A stretch of DNA of 63,886 nt, counting the filler, from Thelocarpon superellum (lineage: Eukaryota): NCBI GenBank assembly GCA_026025795.1. It is 6 parts of 6 records of this genome, joined end to end, with 100 filler letters (N's around TTAATTAATTAA, not from the genome) between each part and the next. Parts side by side here need not be neighbours in the genome. Positions count along the whole stretch, not along the records: positions 33,004 to 43,776 come from JAPEUG010000517.1; positions 43,877 to 54,645 come from JAPEUG010000518.1; 4 more parts are not named here. One strand, written 5' to 3'. The translations under genes and the position numbers were made by a program. The notes under the pieces were generated by a model. It saw nothing but the letters and a program-made list of their open reading frames with translations, did not search any database and was not told where the DNA came from. Below are positions 33,701-47,452 of this stretch, piece by piece; position 1 is the stretch's first letter; every line of letters begins with the position of its first letter.

Positions 33701-36700
33701 ATGGCCCCCGTCGTTGAGTCGATCTATTTTCCCTCGCTGGGCCATTGTTTGGACGGCGATGAACTACTCATGTCCGTCACCACGCCCCCGTGCAAATCTT
33801 GTCGCACCGTATCTGACAGGTGCTAGTTCGTGGAAGACGGCCTTCCTTGGCCTGATCTCATACACCGCCCGTTCCTCGCCTGCCGTCTCCGCCCTGCCCC
33901 GTCGACAGGAGCTGTCGCTCGAACGCTTCCTCTCCGATTCCACCACCACCAGTCTCTTGATCCGACCCTACCAGAGCTTCCACGCCCCCACACCGCAAAC
34001 CAGAGCCGCCTTCGAGACGCGTACGGCGGCGATCAATGTCACACCCCACCCCCAAGGCCGGTACAAGCTCGAGGAGCTCATAGACGACGCGCTCTGGTTG
34101 AGCCGCGAGGCCAAAATTGACGAGGTCTCGGCCCTGCGCATCGTCCTGCTCGAATGGCAATCGCGTCCAGCGAAGCAGCTTCTCCTGGGTTTTGCCGACG
34201 AGGAGCTCGCCAGTTTGGAGGACGTGGCGGGCGGGGCGTCCTGGACCTCGGCCCTCTCCTTCAATCAGTCCACCTTGTCGAGTCGTCCGTCGACGGATGC
34301 CACTGTCTTTACGGCTCCGTCTCCCCGTCGTATCCGCATCCTCCAACAGTACCTGTCGGAACGGCGATACATCCTGAAAGTCAGTGAGCTCCTTTTGCTG
34401 TCGAGTGTGGCCCGTGCCGACACCCGCCCATCCGCCGCCCGCGGCGATCCAGCATGGCCGGAACGCATCGGCAAGACCATTATCAACGCTCGTGTCGCGG
34501 GCAAGTCGGCCGAGGCACACCAGAAGCCGTTCGTGGTCGAGTGTGTGGACGCGCTGCAGGAGCGATTAGTCGGCTTGGAACAGGGCAGTGGATGGTTCAA
34601 GGACGATCCGCGGCCAGAACTCGACGCCGAGTGGGGCAGCAGCCTGCTCTTGGAGTTGGTCCATCTGCTCCAGATCATCTACCTCGTCCTTGATTCGTTG
34701 GATGGCATGACGAGCTCCACCGTCGCCCTGGTCTGGCTGCGCTTCGTTAGCAAGTATGCCTTTTTCGACACCTTTCAGCCGGTGAGTCCTACGTCCTGCG
34801 TCCGCCTCCGGATCCTCGATCCTCGATCCTCTAAACCCTTTTTCCGTCTAGCCTTTTGATGCCCAGCAGCCCCTCGTGGTGCCGTTCAAATCTCTCATCG
34901 CCGTCAATACGGTGACGATGCTCAAGTTACCCTTCAGTCTGGAGCGTCTTCTTGACGCCATCGAACATCGTGCCAGTCCATCGGCAGCCACGTCGCCATC
35001 TTTTGTCGAAGACACGGCCGCGTTGCTCGAGATGCACGAGCTCTTCCTCAGCGCCGCCAGCGCCTGTTGGACGACGGCCTGCCCGGCCGTCTTTGCCTGG
35101 GGCATCCTCTTACAGACCATGCGAGAGCTGGTGCTCTCGCGGCGCGAGGCCACCGAACTCCGTCAGTCGCAACGCGCCGTGGAGAGCATGGCCAACGTCG
35201 ACACCTCTGAGACCGAGGCTGGCGATTCATCCGCCACCGAGACCGGGCCCTCGCTCCCCGCACGGGCCGCGTACTTCGGACGACGAGCGGCGGGCAGCGA
35301 CGCCTCCCTGGAGCTGAGCCTCTACGACGACGTGCTCGACCGCATCCTGGACGCGTCGCCCGGGGATGACCCCATAGCCTATCTCGCGCGCAGCGCCGTC
35401 GACGGGAGCCACGTCTTTGATGTCATTGAGGATTTAGCTACCGGCTTCTGCGCCACCCGTGACGACGGGGTGGACAACGCTGGGGAAATGGGAGTGCGGA
35501 TGCGCTTGGTCCTCCTGGAGCTGATCCGGTGCAGCCTGGAGTGGGTTGAGTATCTCCCCGAGGTCGTCTCTGCCACCCTCGCCGTCCTCACGGGTGGGGA
35601 GGACGTGCACGCCGCCGGCCGCTTGGAGGCTCCCACGACCGCCGGTCTTGATCTCGCCGAGGTCTTTCTCAAGGATCACGTCCTGCTTGTGCCCAAGATG
35701 CTCAACGTGGCCTACGCCCGCTTTCCCTATGAGCCACTTCCATTTTTGAAACTCGTCCGCGCCCTCGGTCACGCGACCCCTCCGCCCGACCTTCCCATCC
35801 CGCCGATGCTGGCCATGCTCGAATCCATGACCACCTTTACCCAAGCCCTCCCTCGCCAGTTCCGTGGCTATGATACCACCCGGGAGGAAGAGAATGTCAA
35901 TCAGATCATCCTCATCACGGAACTGCCTCTGTTCGCCGAGCGCACCCTGGTCCGCCCGCTCTTGCTTCCCGCCCGAACGGACGAGCACGCCATGATTCTC
36001 CTAAGCGATGTCCGCGACCGCGATGGTGCCATCATCCCCCGCGATGTCCGCGGTCGCGTGCTGCTCGAATCCAGTCCGCCCGTGGTGCAGTGGGAATATG
36101 AGTACTCGGCCCTCCGCTACCTCGGCCGACTCCTCCACGCCGCCCTCCCGACGGGCGATCGCGTAGAGAGTGCGACGGGCCAGCCGCCGGAACGTGAGAC
36201 TGTGATCGAGATCATCACCCTCTTCGCGACCCTCCTGGCGGCTGGCGATGCCGAGTCGGGACAACGCATGCTCGCGGACGCGAGTGACGGACTTGGCCGG
36301 GACTGTGACGTGGTGAGTATCATCTTTGAGCTCTTTGAAAGCGAGGTGCAGCAGGAACCGTCTTCGTCCAGCCCCACCGGCGCCACCGATCTGCTTCTCA
36401 GCTGCATCCATTTTATCCACGCCTTGATCCCCTCCTTGCCTGGCAAAGTGTGGCCGCTACTTGCCCGCAGCAGTCTGCTCGAGAGCGAGACCAGCGGCGG
36501 CCGGCTCGGCACCATCATCGCCAGCACCGAAATGGTCACGGGTCGCTTTGGGTTCCTGCTCGGATGCGTGCGTGTGTACGAAGCCTTGGTCCAAGACGCC
36601 GTCACCAATGCCGTCGTGCGAAAACGTGGCCGCAAGATGGCCGGTCGCTTCGCTGCGCCGGACGAGCACGGGACCGGGGTGCCGGAGAAGTTGGTGCAGC

Positions 36701-39700
36701 AGGTGCTCGTGGCCTTGTCACGCGCCATGGTCGACGTCGTGGAGAGCTCCTCGGCCTGGCGATTCGCCGCCATCGACGAGGGATTGGACCTGGAGACGCG
36801 CATCCTCTCCGTCTTCGACACCATCCTCCGCGTCTCGTACGGTATCGACGACTCGCCTGACCTACGGCAGAAGGTGACGGGTCCCCTTGCCTTCGCGGCC
36901 ACCTACCTCGTCGAGGTCTTTCTCGCGACCAGCGCAAAAAATCTGCCCATTCTGCCAATCCTCCGCATCTTTCACGACGGTATTCGCACCCCGGATACAA
37001 CCCTGCTGCTCCGCATGTTGCACCTCTGGACCGCTCGGGTGCGGGTGGCCTTAGGGTTTACGACGACGCTCCTGCGCATCCGGACGCTCCGTGACCTACC
37101 TGCCCCGTACCTGGTCGCGCAGTTGCTGAAAGCAACGCCCCTTTTGGCACGCGTTTATGTGGCACATCAAAGCTACCAACGGCCCGTCATCCACTTGCTC
37201 GAGACCATCACGGTCAACGTCGGCCGCGACGAGGCACAGCCACCGCCCCTCCTGGGTCACCTGGGCGCCGACTCGGCGAAGCACTTTCTCCGCGTGCTGT
37301 CGCGGTTGGACCGGCCTCATGACGACGATGATCTCGACGTGGGCATCTGGCATCTGTTGGCCGCCGTCGTCAGCGGCCGACAGCAGTGGCTCGCAGTATA
37401 CGTCCTTACCGGAGAGACGCCTCGCGAGTCCCTCCACCGGAAAAAGTCAGGGGCACCCCCACGGACCTTGGCGGAGAAGCCCATGTTACGTATTGCCCTC
37501 GACGCCATGAACGACCTCCCCTCCATGCCTGTAACGCGTGCGCTGGCGATGCTCGAATTCATCCGACACGCGCAGGACCACTGGCCATGGGCCACGGCGG
37601 ACCTGCAGACCCACCCCACCTTTTTGACCGTCATCTCGGATTTTCTGGGCGCGCTTGACGCCGACCAGGAGGTGCTCCAGCTCCATCCTACGATGGCCAC
37701 ACCCTGCAAGATTCGGATGGCGGCGTACGTGGCCGACATCCTGGCCATGTCTCTCCATCACGGACGCCAGCGTATGGACGTTTCGTTGGCGCGCAAGCTT
37801 CTGCCCAAGATCAGCTACCTGGTCGACCGAGCGGTTCTGACGCCGGCGTATAACAACTCGCTGCACGGAAACCTGCGGCGGAACTTTGAAGACCGCTTCT
37901 CCGGCTGTAAGCTGCCTCAGTTCAAGCACACGCAGCTCCGACGACGACCGTTTGGCCCGAACTATTTCTACGATCTCGATGTCGCTTCGCGCATGTTGTC
38001 CTTTGATCGCGTCTGGCGCGGGATCAAGGGCGAAGGATTGGCCGGTGAATTCGAACGGGCCAACCAAAATCTCTCCATCGTCGAGTCACAAGTGGTAAGT
38101 CTGGAATCAGCCAATTCTTCGGGTGCTCACCACTGACGGTCACCAGGCGCTGCTCCGAAGCTGGAAATTGCTCGCCGTCGAGCTCACCAACTGTTTGCCT
38201 GGCGACACAGGCCTCCAAAAATCCGTGGCCAAGATGATTGCGGACTGCTTGGTCTCGAACGCAAACACCATGTTTCCCGAGGCCATCTTCAAAGATCTGG
38301 TGCAATTCCGAGGCGATTTTGCCTTTGTTCTGATGCAGAAGCTGGCAGAAGCCAAGTCGCGCTTACCGGAGGTCACGGCGCTCCTAGGCACGACGTGGTC
38401 GAGCATCCGCAGCTCGGGCACCAACTTCGAGCTGGCTCTGTCCGGTGGCGACATTGGCTATTTTCGGTCGCTGCTGCGTCTCCTGTTCCTTGGCCTGCGC
38501 GCACAATGGGACCCCGCGGGCGCGACCACCGATGCCAACGCCTCCACGACCACATCCCGGTTGCAACAGTCGTCGCCCGAAACGCTGGAAACGGTGCTCT
38601 CCATCCTCGACGTGGTCGTCACGCGAGGCTTCCGCGATCTGGTCGCCGCCGCCCATGAACGACCGGCAGACTCATCCCCAGAGGACCTCGCTCTCGTCAC
38701 GGCCATCCTGCAGAGCAGTCTCTGCGTCCCAGGGATTGATCTCCTCTATCCGCAAATCTGCACACACATGGCGCAGCAAGGTGTCGCCCGGGTCGCTACG
38801 ACGCTCTTCTCATGGTCCGACCAGCTCACCATTTCCGGTGACCCGGTGTATGGCGAACTCGCTGTCTTCATGCTTGTCGAGCTGGCCCTGATCCCTGGCC
38901 TCGCAGAGCAGCTGGCGGTCGATGGGATGATGACGCAGCTCAGCTCGGCGCGCATCATGACGCATTTTCAGCGCGGCGTGTCCCCGCTGGATCCGAACCA
39001 GCGTCTGCTGTCCATCTGGACCCGGGGTATTCTCCCCCTCTGCCTCAACCTCCTTACGGGCATCGGGCCCGTCGTCACGCGCGACGTCGGTGCTTTCCTC
39101 AACCAATACTCCGCGCAGCTCTCCCTCGCCTCGACACACTTTGACAACAAAGCCACTCCCACCATCTCATCCAGCTCCACCCTCACCTCCACGACTGCTC
39201 CCTCCACTTTCACCTCCCCACCAACCTATCTCACGCTCAACATGGCCAGCGAGGTTCATTCCTTGGCTCTCATCCACCGCATCCTTGTCGACCTCACCCC
39301 CGACACGCCCCCCCAACTTGCATGGGACGCCGCGGTGGTGCGGGAAGACATTGAATTCTGGCTGCACCAGCCCGGTGGTCGGCGCGCGCTCCGCGAACGC
39401 ATCGTCCCCACGTCGGAGGCCGAGCGCGATATGGCACGCTCGAAGCCGCCTTCCTCTTCTTCCTCTTCTTCTGGCACCAACGTGAGCAGCAGTGGCGGAA
39501 GTTCAAGAGAGGGGACCAGTATCGGGTACGAGTCGCTCCTGGAAGAGAAGATCGTTAGGGAGATGCTCGCGACGGAGCGGCTGCTCGAAGTCGATTCTGC
39601 CTCTCCATCCTCGACTGCTTCTTCTACCGGTGCGAATCTCGGCGCGTCGACTTCGGCCTCGTCCGCCACGCCGGCTGCAAGTCGAGGCGGAAGTGCAGGA

Positions 39701-39823
39701 GTGGCTGGCGCAGGGGGAGGAAGCAGAGGGAGTAGCCTGCGTCGCCACGGCAGCTTGAAGATGCATGCAATGTCGCGCTCGCCGGAGGGGAGTGCGTCGT
39801 TTGCGCGACGGAGGGGGGACTGA
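33701..39823 (+). CDS. NUP188: Nucleoporin Nup188 (Nup184)
   Basis: Spliced N-terminus MAPVVESIYFPSLGHCLDGDELLISWKTAF, DALWLSREAKIDEVSALRIVLLEWQSRP, YNNSLHGNLRRNFEDRF, IWTRGILPLCLNLL; ~2000-aa alpha-helical protein over four exons. Confidence 0.9.
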
Positions 39824-40302
39824 TCAACGCGACGCTGTACGAGAACCTCTGTCCTTGCACATTACATCATGACCAGTTCATCCCTTATATTATCCCTTTC
39901 GCGTTGACTGCCCCTCTGGACTCTGTGGTGTCGCGCAGCGTATGCATTCGTAGCTACCTTCTTCATTGGATAGCCATGAGACAAGAAATGAGCCATGACG
40001 CGCCCTGTTGTACAGGATACTGGTCTGTTCGTTCGCGCGCGCATTGGGTTTACGATGTCTTCGAACCAGAACAAGACGAGTGTTTGCAGTCCAACCACTC
40101 AGATGAAATCACCACACTTCTACTAGATAAAATAGGTAAACTCATTTCAGAAAAGATCAGATAAAGGCAAGTCCAATCCCCGACCGAAGGCCCGTGTCAA
40201 CCGACCGCGTTGGCCCTGTGTTCGTATCTGCCACGTTCCGCCTCTTTCCCCCACTGATCCTCCCCCTTCGCTTCTATCATCGCATGACCAACAAGGGAAA
40301 AG

Positions 40303-40339
40303 ATAGGAAAGGAAAGGAAAGGAAAGGAAGGGAAGGGAA
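40303..40339. repeat. (GGAAA/GGAAG)n purine pentamer tract in permease 3' UTR
   Basis: Seen directly. Confidence 0.85.
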
Positions 40340-40361
40340 TAAGGCATAGGAATCCTCCGCC

Positions 40362-42510
40362 CTACGCAATCCAGAACCAAATCTTCTCCAGGAAATTGCG
40401 CGGCTGCACGTTTGGCCACACCTCGGCATCCAGCGCCGCCTTGCCCGTGAAAATGTCCGCCTCGGCGGGTGACACGAATTTCGTCCGCTTGAAGACCTTC
40501 CAGAATGTGTAAAGAAGAAAGTAAATTCTGTCGGTCCCGCCGTACTCGTTAGACGTTGTGTTCAGAGGAATAATGGTGATAGCTGGAAATGGGGATGACC
40601 GGGAAGACTCACGGAATACCAATGTACGCCGTCAAAAAGTCGGAAATGGTCCAGTTTCCGTAAAGGAAGACGTAGAAGCCGTTGAAGACGATGATCATCG
40701 AGAAGAAGAGCAACGCCGCCCAGGCCAGATATGGCTGAAATGGCGACTTGAAGATCAACGTGTTTCGGTCCACTCCCTGAGCTTTGAGCGCCTTGTGGAA
40801 TTGGATATAGGCAATGCACACCGACACCCACGTGAAGAGGGAGGCGATTGTCGTCAGATTTTGAAACTATGTGCCCATCAGTCGATGCTCGACCTTTCTC
40901 CCTCATGCAAACTCACCCATTCAAACACCTTGCTGCTGCCAGATCCGCAGCTCAGATAAGTGAGACACGCAATCGACGCCGTGACCCCGACGCAGTAGTA
41001 AGGCACGCCGCTGTTCTGCGTTAGTATTTCCTCACCCACTGTTCCTAGAAGACATACCTCTTCGAGCATCGGAGTAGGAATCGTGGAGCCTGTTTATTCT
41101 GCGCCAAGGCAAAGAGATAGCGACTACCCGTGTATAAGAAGGCGTTGGCGGATGACGACGCCGACGTGAGGATGACGGCGTTGATGATGGACGGGAGAGC
41201 CGGAATGCCCGCACGGTAGATGGCAATGACCCAGGGCGACGCGGCCGCACCAGCAGCCTTATGCTTGATCGCGCCCAACAGCATGGAGTCATTGTACGGG
41301 ATCAAGACGCCGATGGCAAGTGTGCCCAGGACGTAGAAGAACAAGATCCGCCAGAAGACTCGCTTGACCGCCTTGGGGATGTTTTTGCTGCGTCGAACAT
41401 CAGCATGCGCATACTGAGATCTGGTCAGCGTACTCACCGTGGGTTCTCGGCCTCGCCCGCCGCGACGGCGACCATCTCCACACCTCCGTACGAGAAGGCG
41501 GCATTGACCAAAGTCGAGAACAAGCCAAGGAAGCGTCCAACATCGCCCGTGGCCGGGCTGTATTCCTTCATCGCACCGGGGTCGCGCCAGTAGCGGAAGC
41601 CCAGTCGATCGTGCGTGGGACCACCGCCGAGATCGAGGACCAGGGCCAAGATGATCAAGCCAACAATCGTTAGGATTTTGATGGTGGCGAAGCAGAACTC
41701 GGCTTCTCCATAAATTGCCACGGCGAAGATGTTCAGACAGATGACCAGAACGATGATTATACTGATCCAGAGGGCAACCTAGCATGTGTCAGCCGCCACG
41801 TCGCTCCTTCAGCGCTGCTAGAAGAGACTCACGTTGATCTCGTTGTTCCAATACCCGATCACGACCGATGCCGCCGAGATTTCGGCGCACAGCGTGATAG
41901 ACGAGGCGTACCAATTCTGAATTAGATCAGATCAATCCCGCGCCCCTGAACCAAACGGGACTCACATTCCACCCCACGGCGAATCCCATAGCATCGTCCA
42001 CGTAGCGAGCGCAGAACTGCGGGATCGCCCCAGGAAGAGGAAGCCAAGTCGCCATCTCGCCCAGCGATTGCATCTGCCTCTCGTCAGATCTCGTGCCCTC
42101 AGAAGCATCTCCTGCTACTTCGGCCGCTCACCATGGCGTAGACAGCAATTCCGGTGAAAGTATATCCGAGGAGCAAACTGAGAGGACCCGCCGCGGAAAA
42201 GGCCCGACCAATTCCGAGAAAGAGACCGGTTCCGATGGTGCCACCCAACGCAATGAACTGGATGTGACGAGATTTGAGACTGTCATCATCAGCTATGTCC
42301 TGATTCCGCTTTGATAAGCTATCCATACCCACGCGCCACGTATCCATAATCCTCGGCGGTCTGGATGTCGCCGTAGACCCCAGCGGCTTCTTGCACCTGC
42401 GCGGTCTTCAAATCTCCCACTTGGGCGTCGGAGAGTTGGGGAGAGGCCGAGACCTCATACTCCGGCGCCCCGAGGGTATATTCGTCCTTCTCCACGGGGT
42501 TCTTCTCCAT
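40362..42510 (-). CDS. Amino acid permease (APC/YAT family; PrnB/Put4/Dip5-like)
   Basis: LKSRHIQFIALGGTIGTGLFLGIG, YGEAEFCFATIK, RLGFRYWRDPGA, AGEAENPR|KNIPKAVKRVFWRILFFYVLG, SPFQPY; many introns. Confidence 0.93.
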
Positions 42511-43776
42511 GATGGAATATCGCGATTGCGATTGTTCAGTCTCACAGAACGTTCACAGATCGTTTCGTCCGCGTGCAGATTGGACTTGACGAGGGGTAAT
42601 CGACGATCAGGTTGGGCGGAGACACGACCCGAAGACTGTTACACAAGGATCGTGGGGTGGCGAAGGTTAAGCAGTGCGGCGACGTCCGGATGTGGGGCGA
42701 ATCGCTCCGATGTAGGCGGCCGGCGTAGGACGCAGCTCGGTCGACGTGGTGCACTTCAACGGCGGCGATCACCCGGGCCTGTGTCGTTGCAAGGTGACTC
42801 GGAGGTGCGCGGCGCACGACCTGCGAGATTTATATATCTGCTTCACACAGACCAAGGGGGCCGCATGGGGGGCCGACGGGGCCGCGTCGGATGCCGCCGC
42901 CGCCAGGCCTCGTGTGGAGGGATGTCCATGACCGGTAGCTGTCGACCGAAGGAAGAGGGTGCTGACATCCCACGTTCCGGCATCGCTTCGAGCCCTTGCC
43001 GCCGAGCATCGGCCAGGAGAAGAAGCTCCACGTCGCCTGGGCGCCTGCCGTTGGCCCAAGCCCTGGGTGCAAGAGACGCTGCATCGTGTTCGCTGCAGAC
43101 GGAGCCACGACTCCATCGAGCGCGTGCGCCTTGTCTCAACTCGCCTGCTGCGGCTATAGACTAGGCGAGGTCCATGACCATGATGGTCGGGCTGGAGCGG
43201 TGGGGGGAAGGGCAAGTGGGGGAGAGGCCCCAGGTCTCCACTCATTTGCCGGATGTGTACTCGTCCTCGTACGAGTACAAGGGCCAAGTTCGTGTACGCC
43301 CATCTCCAGTTAAGATGGAGGTCGTCCTGATAAGGAATGTAAGCTTTCTCCGATCAGCAGGAAGCAGTCGGTCCTTGCACGCGTGCAGCGACGTTCCGGC
43401 GTGGCCAAGGCGAGGATCGAGGAGCCAGGGCAGTCCCATCCCCCCCCTCCAAGCGAGGGTTAGCCGACCCGCAATGGGCAGGTGTTCAAACCTGTCCCAC
43501 AGGCGCTCCAGCGGCGTCGACCTGCGTGGTTTCATCTGTGTAGTACAAGTAACATACTGGCACAGGCGTACGATGCACTCAGTCACATTCGAGCGGAGGC
43601 AAGATCGATATCCTCTTCTGCTCCGCCATCTTGCTCGAGACCAGGGTGCGACCAGGATGGCGCGCCCGTGCCGTTCAACTAGAACATGGAGATCCGGCCC
43701 CAAGGCTTCCTTGTATGACGCGGTTACGGCCGCCAGGTCGACAATGCAGCCAGAGCGATAAGTCACGCACGCGACG

Positions 43777-43876
43777 NNNNNNNNNNNNNNNNNNNNNNNN
43801 NNNNNNNNNNNNNNNNNNNNTTAATTAATTAANNNNNNNNNNNNNNNNNNNNNNNNNNNNNNNNNNNNNNNNNNNN
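43777..43876. other. Artificial contig spacer
   Basis: 44N-TTAATTAATTAA-44N. Confidence 0.97.
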
Positions 43877-44681
43877 ACTTTAGGACTTTATCCCCACCCT
43901 CGCGGCCGCGTACGGATTCGATTACGAGATGGTGACGTACAAATGGCCACACTGGCTCCGAGGGCAAAAAGAAAAGCAGCGCGAGATCTGGGGCTACAAG
44001 ATTCTCTTCCTGGACGTGCTCTTCCCACTCTCGCTGGACAAGGTCATCTTCGTCGACGCGGACCAGATCGTGCGAACGGACATGTACGAGCTCGTGCAAC
44101 ACAACCTGCACGGCGCCCCGTACGGCTTCACCCCCATGTGCGACTCCCGCACCGAAATGGAAGGGTTCCGCTTCTGGAAGCAAGGATACTGGAAGACGTA
44201 CCTGCACGGGGTACCATACCACATCTCGGCACTGTACGTGGTGGATCTTAAAGCCTTCCGAAGCATGGCAGCCGGCGACCGGCTACGGGGCCACTATCAG
44301 CAACTCAGCGCCGACCCAGAGTCGCTGAGTAATCTGGACCAGGACCTGCCGAACCACATGCAGTCCGTCCTGCCCATCCACAGCCTGCCCCAGGAATGGC
44401 TCTGGTGCGAGACATGGTGCAGTGACGAGGAACTGGGCCAGGCCCGCACGATCGACCTCTGCAATAACCCGCTCACGAAGGAACCGAAGCTGGATCGTGC
44501 CCGCAGACAGGTGCCGGAGTGGACGGTGTATGATGATGAGATTGAGGTGGTGCGGAGGGGCCGCGCAGGCCAGGAAAAGGTGGTGGTGGAGGAGGAGGTG
44601 AGGGAAGTGGAAGAAAACGTCATGCCAGAGGGGAGTGAGACTGTTGCAGAGAGGAAGAAAGAGCCCAAAGACGAGCTCTGA
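43877..44681 (+). CDS. UGGT: UDP-glucose:glycoprotein glucosyltransferase, C-terminal GT24 fragment
   Basis: [52 protein letters not shown]; ends KDEL; 5' part lost at contig start. Confidence 0.96.
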
Positions 44682-44838
44682 TCATGTGCGAGTATGAGGA
44701 TGAGTCCGGGTGGTTTCATGACTCGACAACCGTGAAGTGTATTGTTGTGTAGGCTATGGTAGGGTTGAATCCATTCATGCAGCTCCTCTTCCTCTACTTG
44801 CGTGGAAACGAGTGGACCCAGCAGACCCCAGGCAAGAT

Positions 44839-47452
44839 TCATAGATTCCGCAACGACTGCACACGCTGCGCCATCTCTGGATCAATCCCGTCATCATCGT
44901 CGTCATCGTCGTCATCGTCGTCATCCACATCCTCTCCATCCTCGTCTTCCTCTTGATCAAAGCGTCGATGGCGAGGAAGACGGTATGAGCCGTCTCTCTC
45001 TGCAATCCCGGTCCCGTTCCTATTTTCATCTCCATCTCCATACCCCTCCCGCTCCCGCTCCCACTCCCGCTCCTGCTCCAGATGGTCCGATAGAGAGGGC
45101 AGGGAAGCGAGACTAGCTAGGGATCTCCTGCCGCGGGGCTTTCGTCCCGCTCCTTTCTCGTTCCCCTTTCCTTTTCCTCTCGTCTTCTTCGTCGTCGATG
45201 GGGTGTGGTCTTCCCCCACGTCAACTTCTTCCTCTCTCATCCCATCTTCTCCACCCTCGACCCCCTCTCCGTTCTCTTCATTCTCATTCTCGTCTTCCCG
45301 ATGATCGGACGTCCGTCTCGGAGGCTGCTGCACGACGTCCAGCTCGTCCGGATGCGTCATCTCGAGGTCTTCGAGTAGTAGCCGCACAATCTCCTGCACC
45401 GGTAGCGAGTCCGCGTCCGCAATTTTCCGCTTCAGCAGGGCGAACGCAACGCGTCGGTCGCCTGCTACCCACCAGTGTCGCCATGGCTCCGCGCCAATTA
45501 TGCGCCATGGGATGCTGGCCTCGGATTCGCTGCCGGAGTCGCGGAGTCTGCGTTGGGCGTTTTTGTAAGCTTCCTGGTCATGGTGATGCGCGAGAATGGA
45601 GGGAGGCAGGGAGGGAGGGATTGGGGTGCGTACGCTGTCAAGAGATGGTAGAAGTCTCCAGGCATCCATGTCTCCACCGCTTGTTGAGATCGCTTGGTGC
45701 GCCACGTCGGTTTGCGGTCGCGGAGGCTCTTCTCCTTCTCCGCTGCCGAGGCGCCCGACTGCAGCTTCTTCCACTTGTACTGGCATTGCAGCCGGCTGCG
45801 CGTCTTGCCCATCTTCTCGCACACCACCGCCCAGCTGATCAGCTTCTTGTCGTCGGGGTCCAACTCGACGCCACCCGGATCCAACTTCGATTGCTGCGCC
45901 GCCTGTTCCCGCATCGCCTCGATGCATTCGTTCACGGCGATCGTCAGTCGTTCCTCTTCCGCGTGCGTCCACTCCCCGACCGCCCGCTGCTCGCCGCACA
46001 CGATGTAGTTCCGATATCGGTCGCGACAGTCCTCCGCCATGCGACCCAGCTGCTCCCCAATCTTCTTCCACGATTTGCCGTGCGCTGCAAACGCCGCTTT
46101 GAGCGCTTGGTCCTCCTCGTCCGTCCACACGCCGCGCTTCTCGTAGTTGTGGAACTTGCGACGGCACACCTTCTGCACCGATCCCGCTGGCCGGTCCGGC
46201 AGCATCGACGTCACGCCACTCCAGAAATCATCCCCCTTGCTGTTCTTCGCGTTCTGGTGGATCCGTTCGTTCATCTCCCGCCACGTCATGCCGTGTAGGA
46301 CGCGGTAGGAGTCCACGGCTTCCGTCAACATGGCCAGCTCTTCGGGACTGTAGTCCGTGGACGATCCGTCCTTCGCCGACCGCCGTCTGGCTGATGACAA
46401 CTTTCGCGCTATCCTGGGTGGTTGCGTTGGCCTCACGAATCCAAAGGCCGGGGCTTCCCCGTCAGCTTCCCCGTCATCTCGTGCTCGTTTCCGCTTCTTC
46501 GCCGATGTACTCTTTGGGACGCCATTTCCCCCCTCGTGTGTCACGTCGCCCCGTGCTTTCAAGCTGCCCCCCGCCGTCTCTCCATGGTCCCATCCGCTCA
46601 CGTCCGCCCCCGTCAGTGCCGGATCGATCAGAGCATTGGCAGCCGATGCGGCATCAGCAAGCGCGGCGGCGTTGGAGGGTCCATTGGTGTACGCCCCGTA
46701 GCCATCCGACCGCGGCGCTTGCTTAGCTTTCTTCCGCTTCTTCGACTGGCTTTGATTCAGTTCGTCATGCGAATATGAGACCCCAAGTCCAACACCGTGA
46801 GCCGTAGGATCAGCATAGATCGATGGGTCTGCATATGCCGAAGCTGCGGCGCGGCGGGGCGACGACGAGAAGGACTCGGAGACCGGATACCCTCGCTCCG
46901 TGGTCACGTAGGGTGTGGAGACGCGGTTCGGGTCCGGTACTGGATAGTGGTGTTTCTCCGTCATCGGTACTGGGGCTGACGCATCATGAGACTGAGGCGA
47001 TGGCACGTCTTCATCGCCGTCCTTTCGCGTCTTGTTCGACCGTTTGCGCTTTCCCGATCGGGTCTCGTCGATGTGAGCCAGCGCGTCCTCGCCTTCGTGC
47101 CCTGCGATCGCAAGACGGCCTGCCTGAGGCGCGGCACTCTTCATCTCGAGCAAGGTACGCGCACTCTCCTCCTCCTTGTTTGGCCTGTCCTCGTCTCCGC
47201 CCTTGAGGTTCTTGGACTTCCTCGACTTCTTCTTGCTCAGCTTCGCATCCAATGCTTCAGACGTGCCCTTCCCATCCGTGACCCAGGCGCCCGACCGCCG
47301 ACTGGACAGCGCGAGCGTATCTTCGTCGGCCGGGAAGTCCGGGACTGAGGAGTTCGGTCAGCTCCAATGTCCCAAACGGATGGGCGCAAACAGCTCTCAC
47401 CAGGACCAAGCGGATCAGGCGTGCCCGAGAGTTGCGAGGATTCTTGACCCAT
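44839..47452 (-). CDS. Reb1/Nsi1/TTF1-like Myb-repeat DNA-binding protein
   Basis: Myb repeats (KRGVWTDEEDQALK..KSWKKIGEQLGRMAEDCRDRYRNY, GEWTHAEEERL, ISWAVVCEKMGKTRSRLQCQYKW), basic NLS-like runs, acidic tail; start MGQESSQ at 47452 with intron ~47346-47400. Confidence 0.85.

Noticed and set aside
44667..44681. KDEL rather than HDEL on a fungal UGGT
   Set aside because: KDEL variants are common in filamentous-fungal ER proteins
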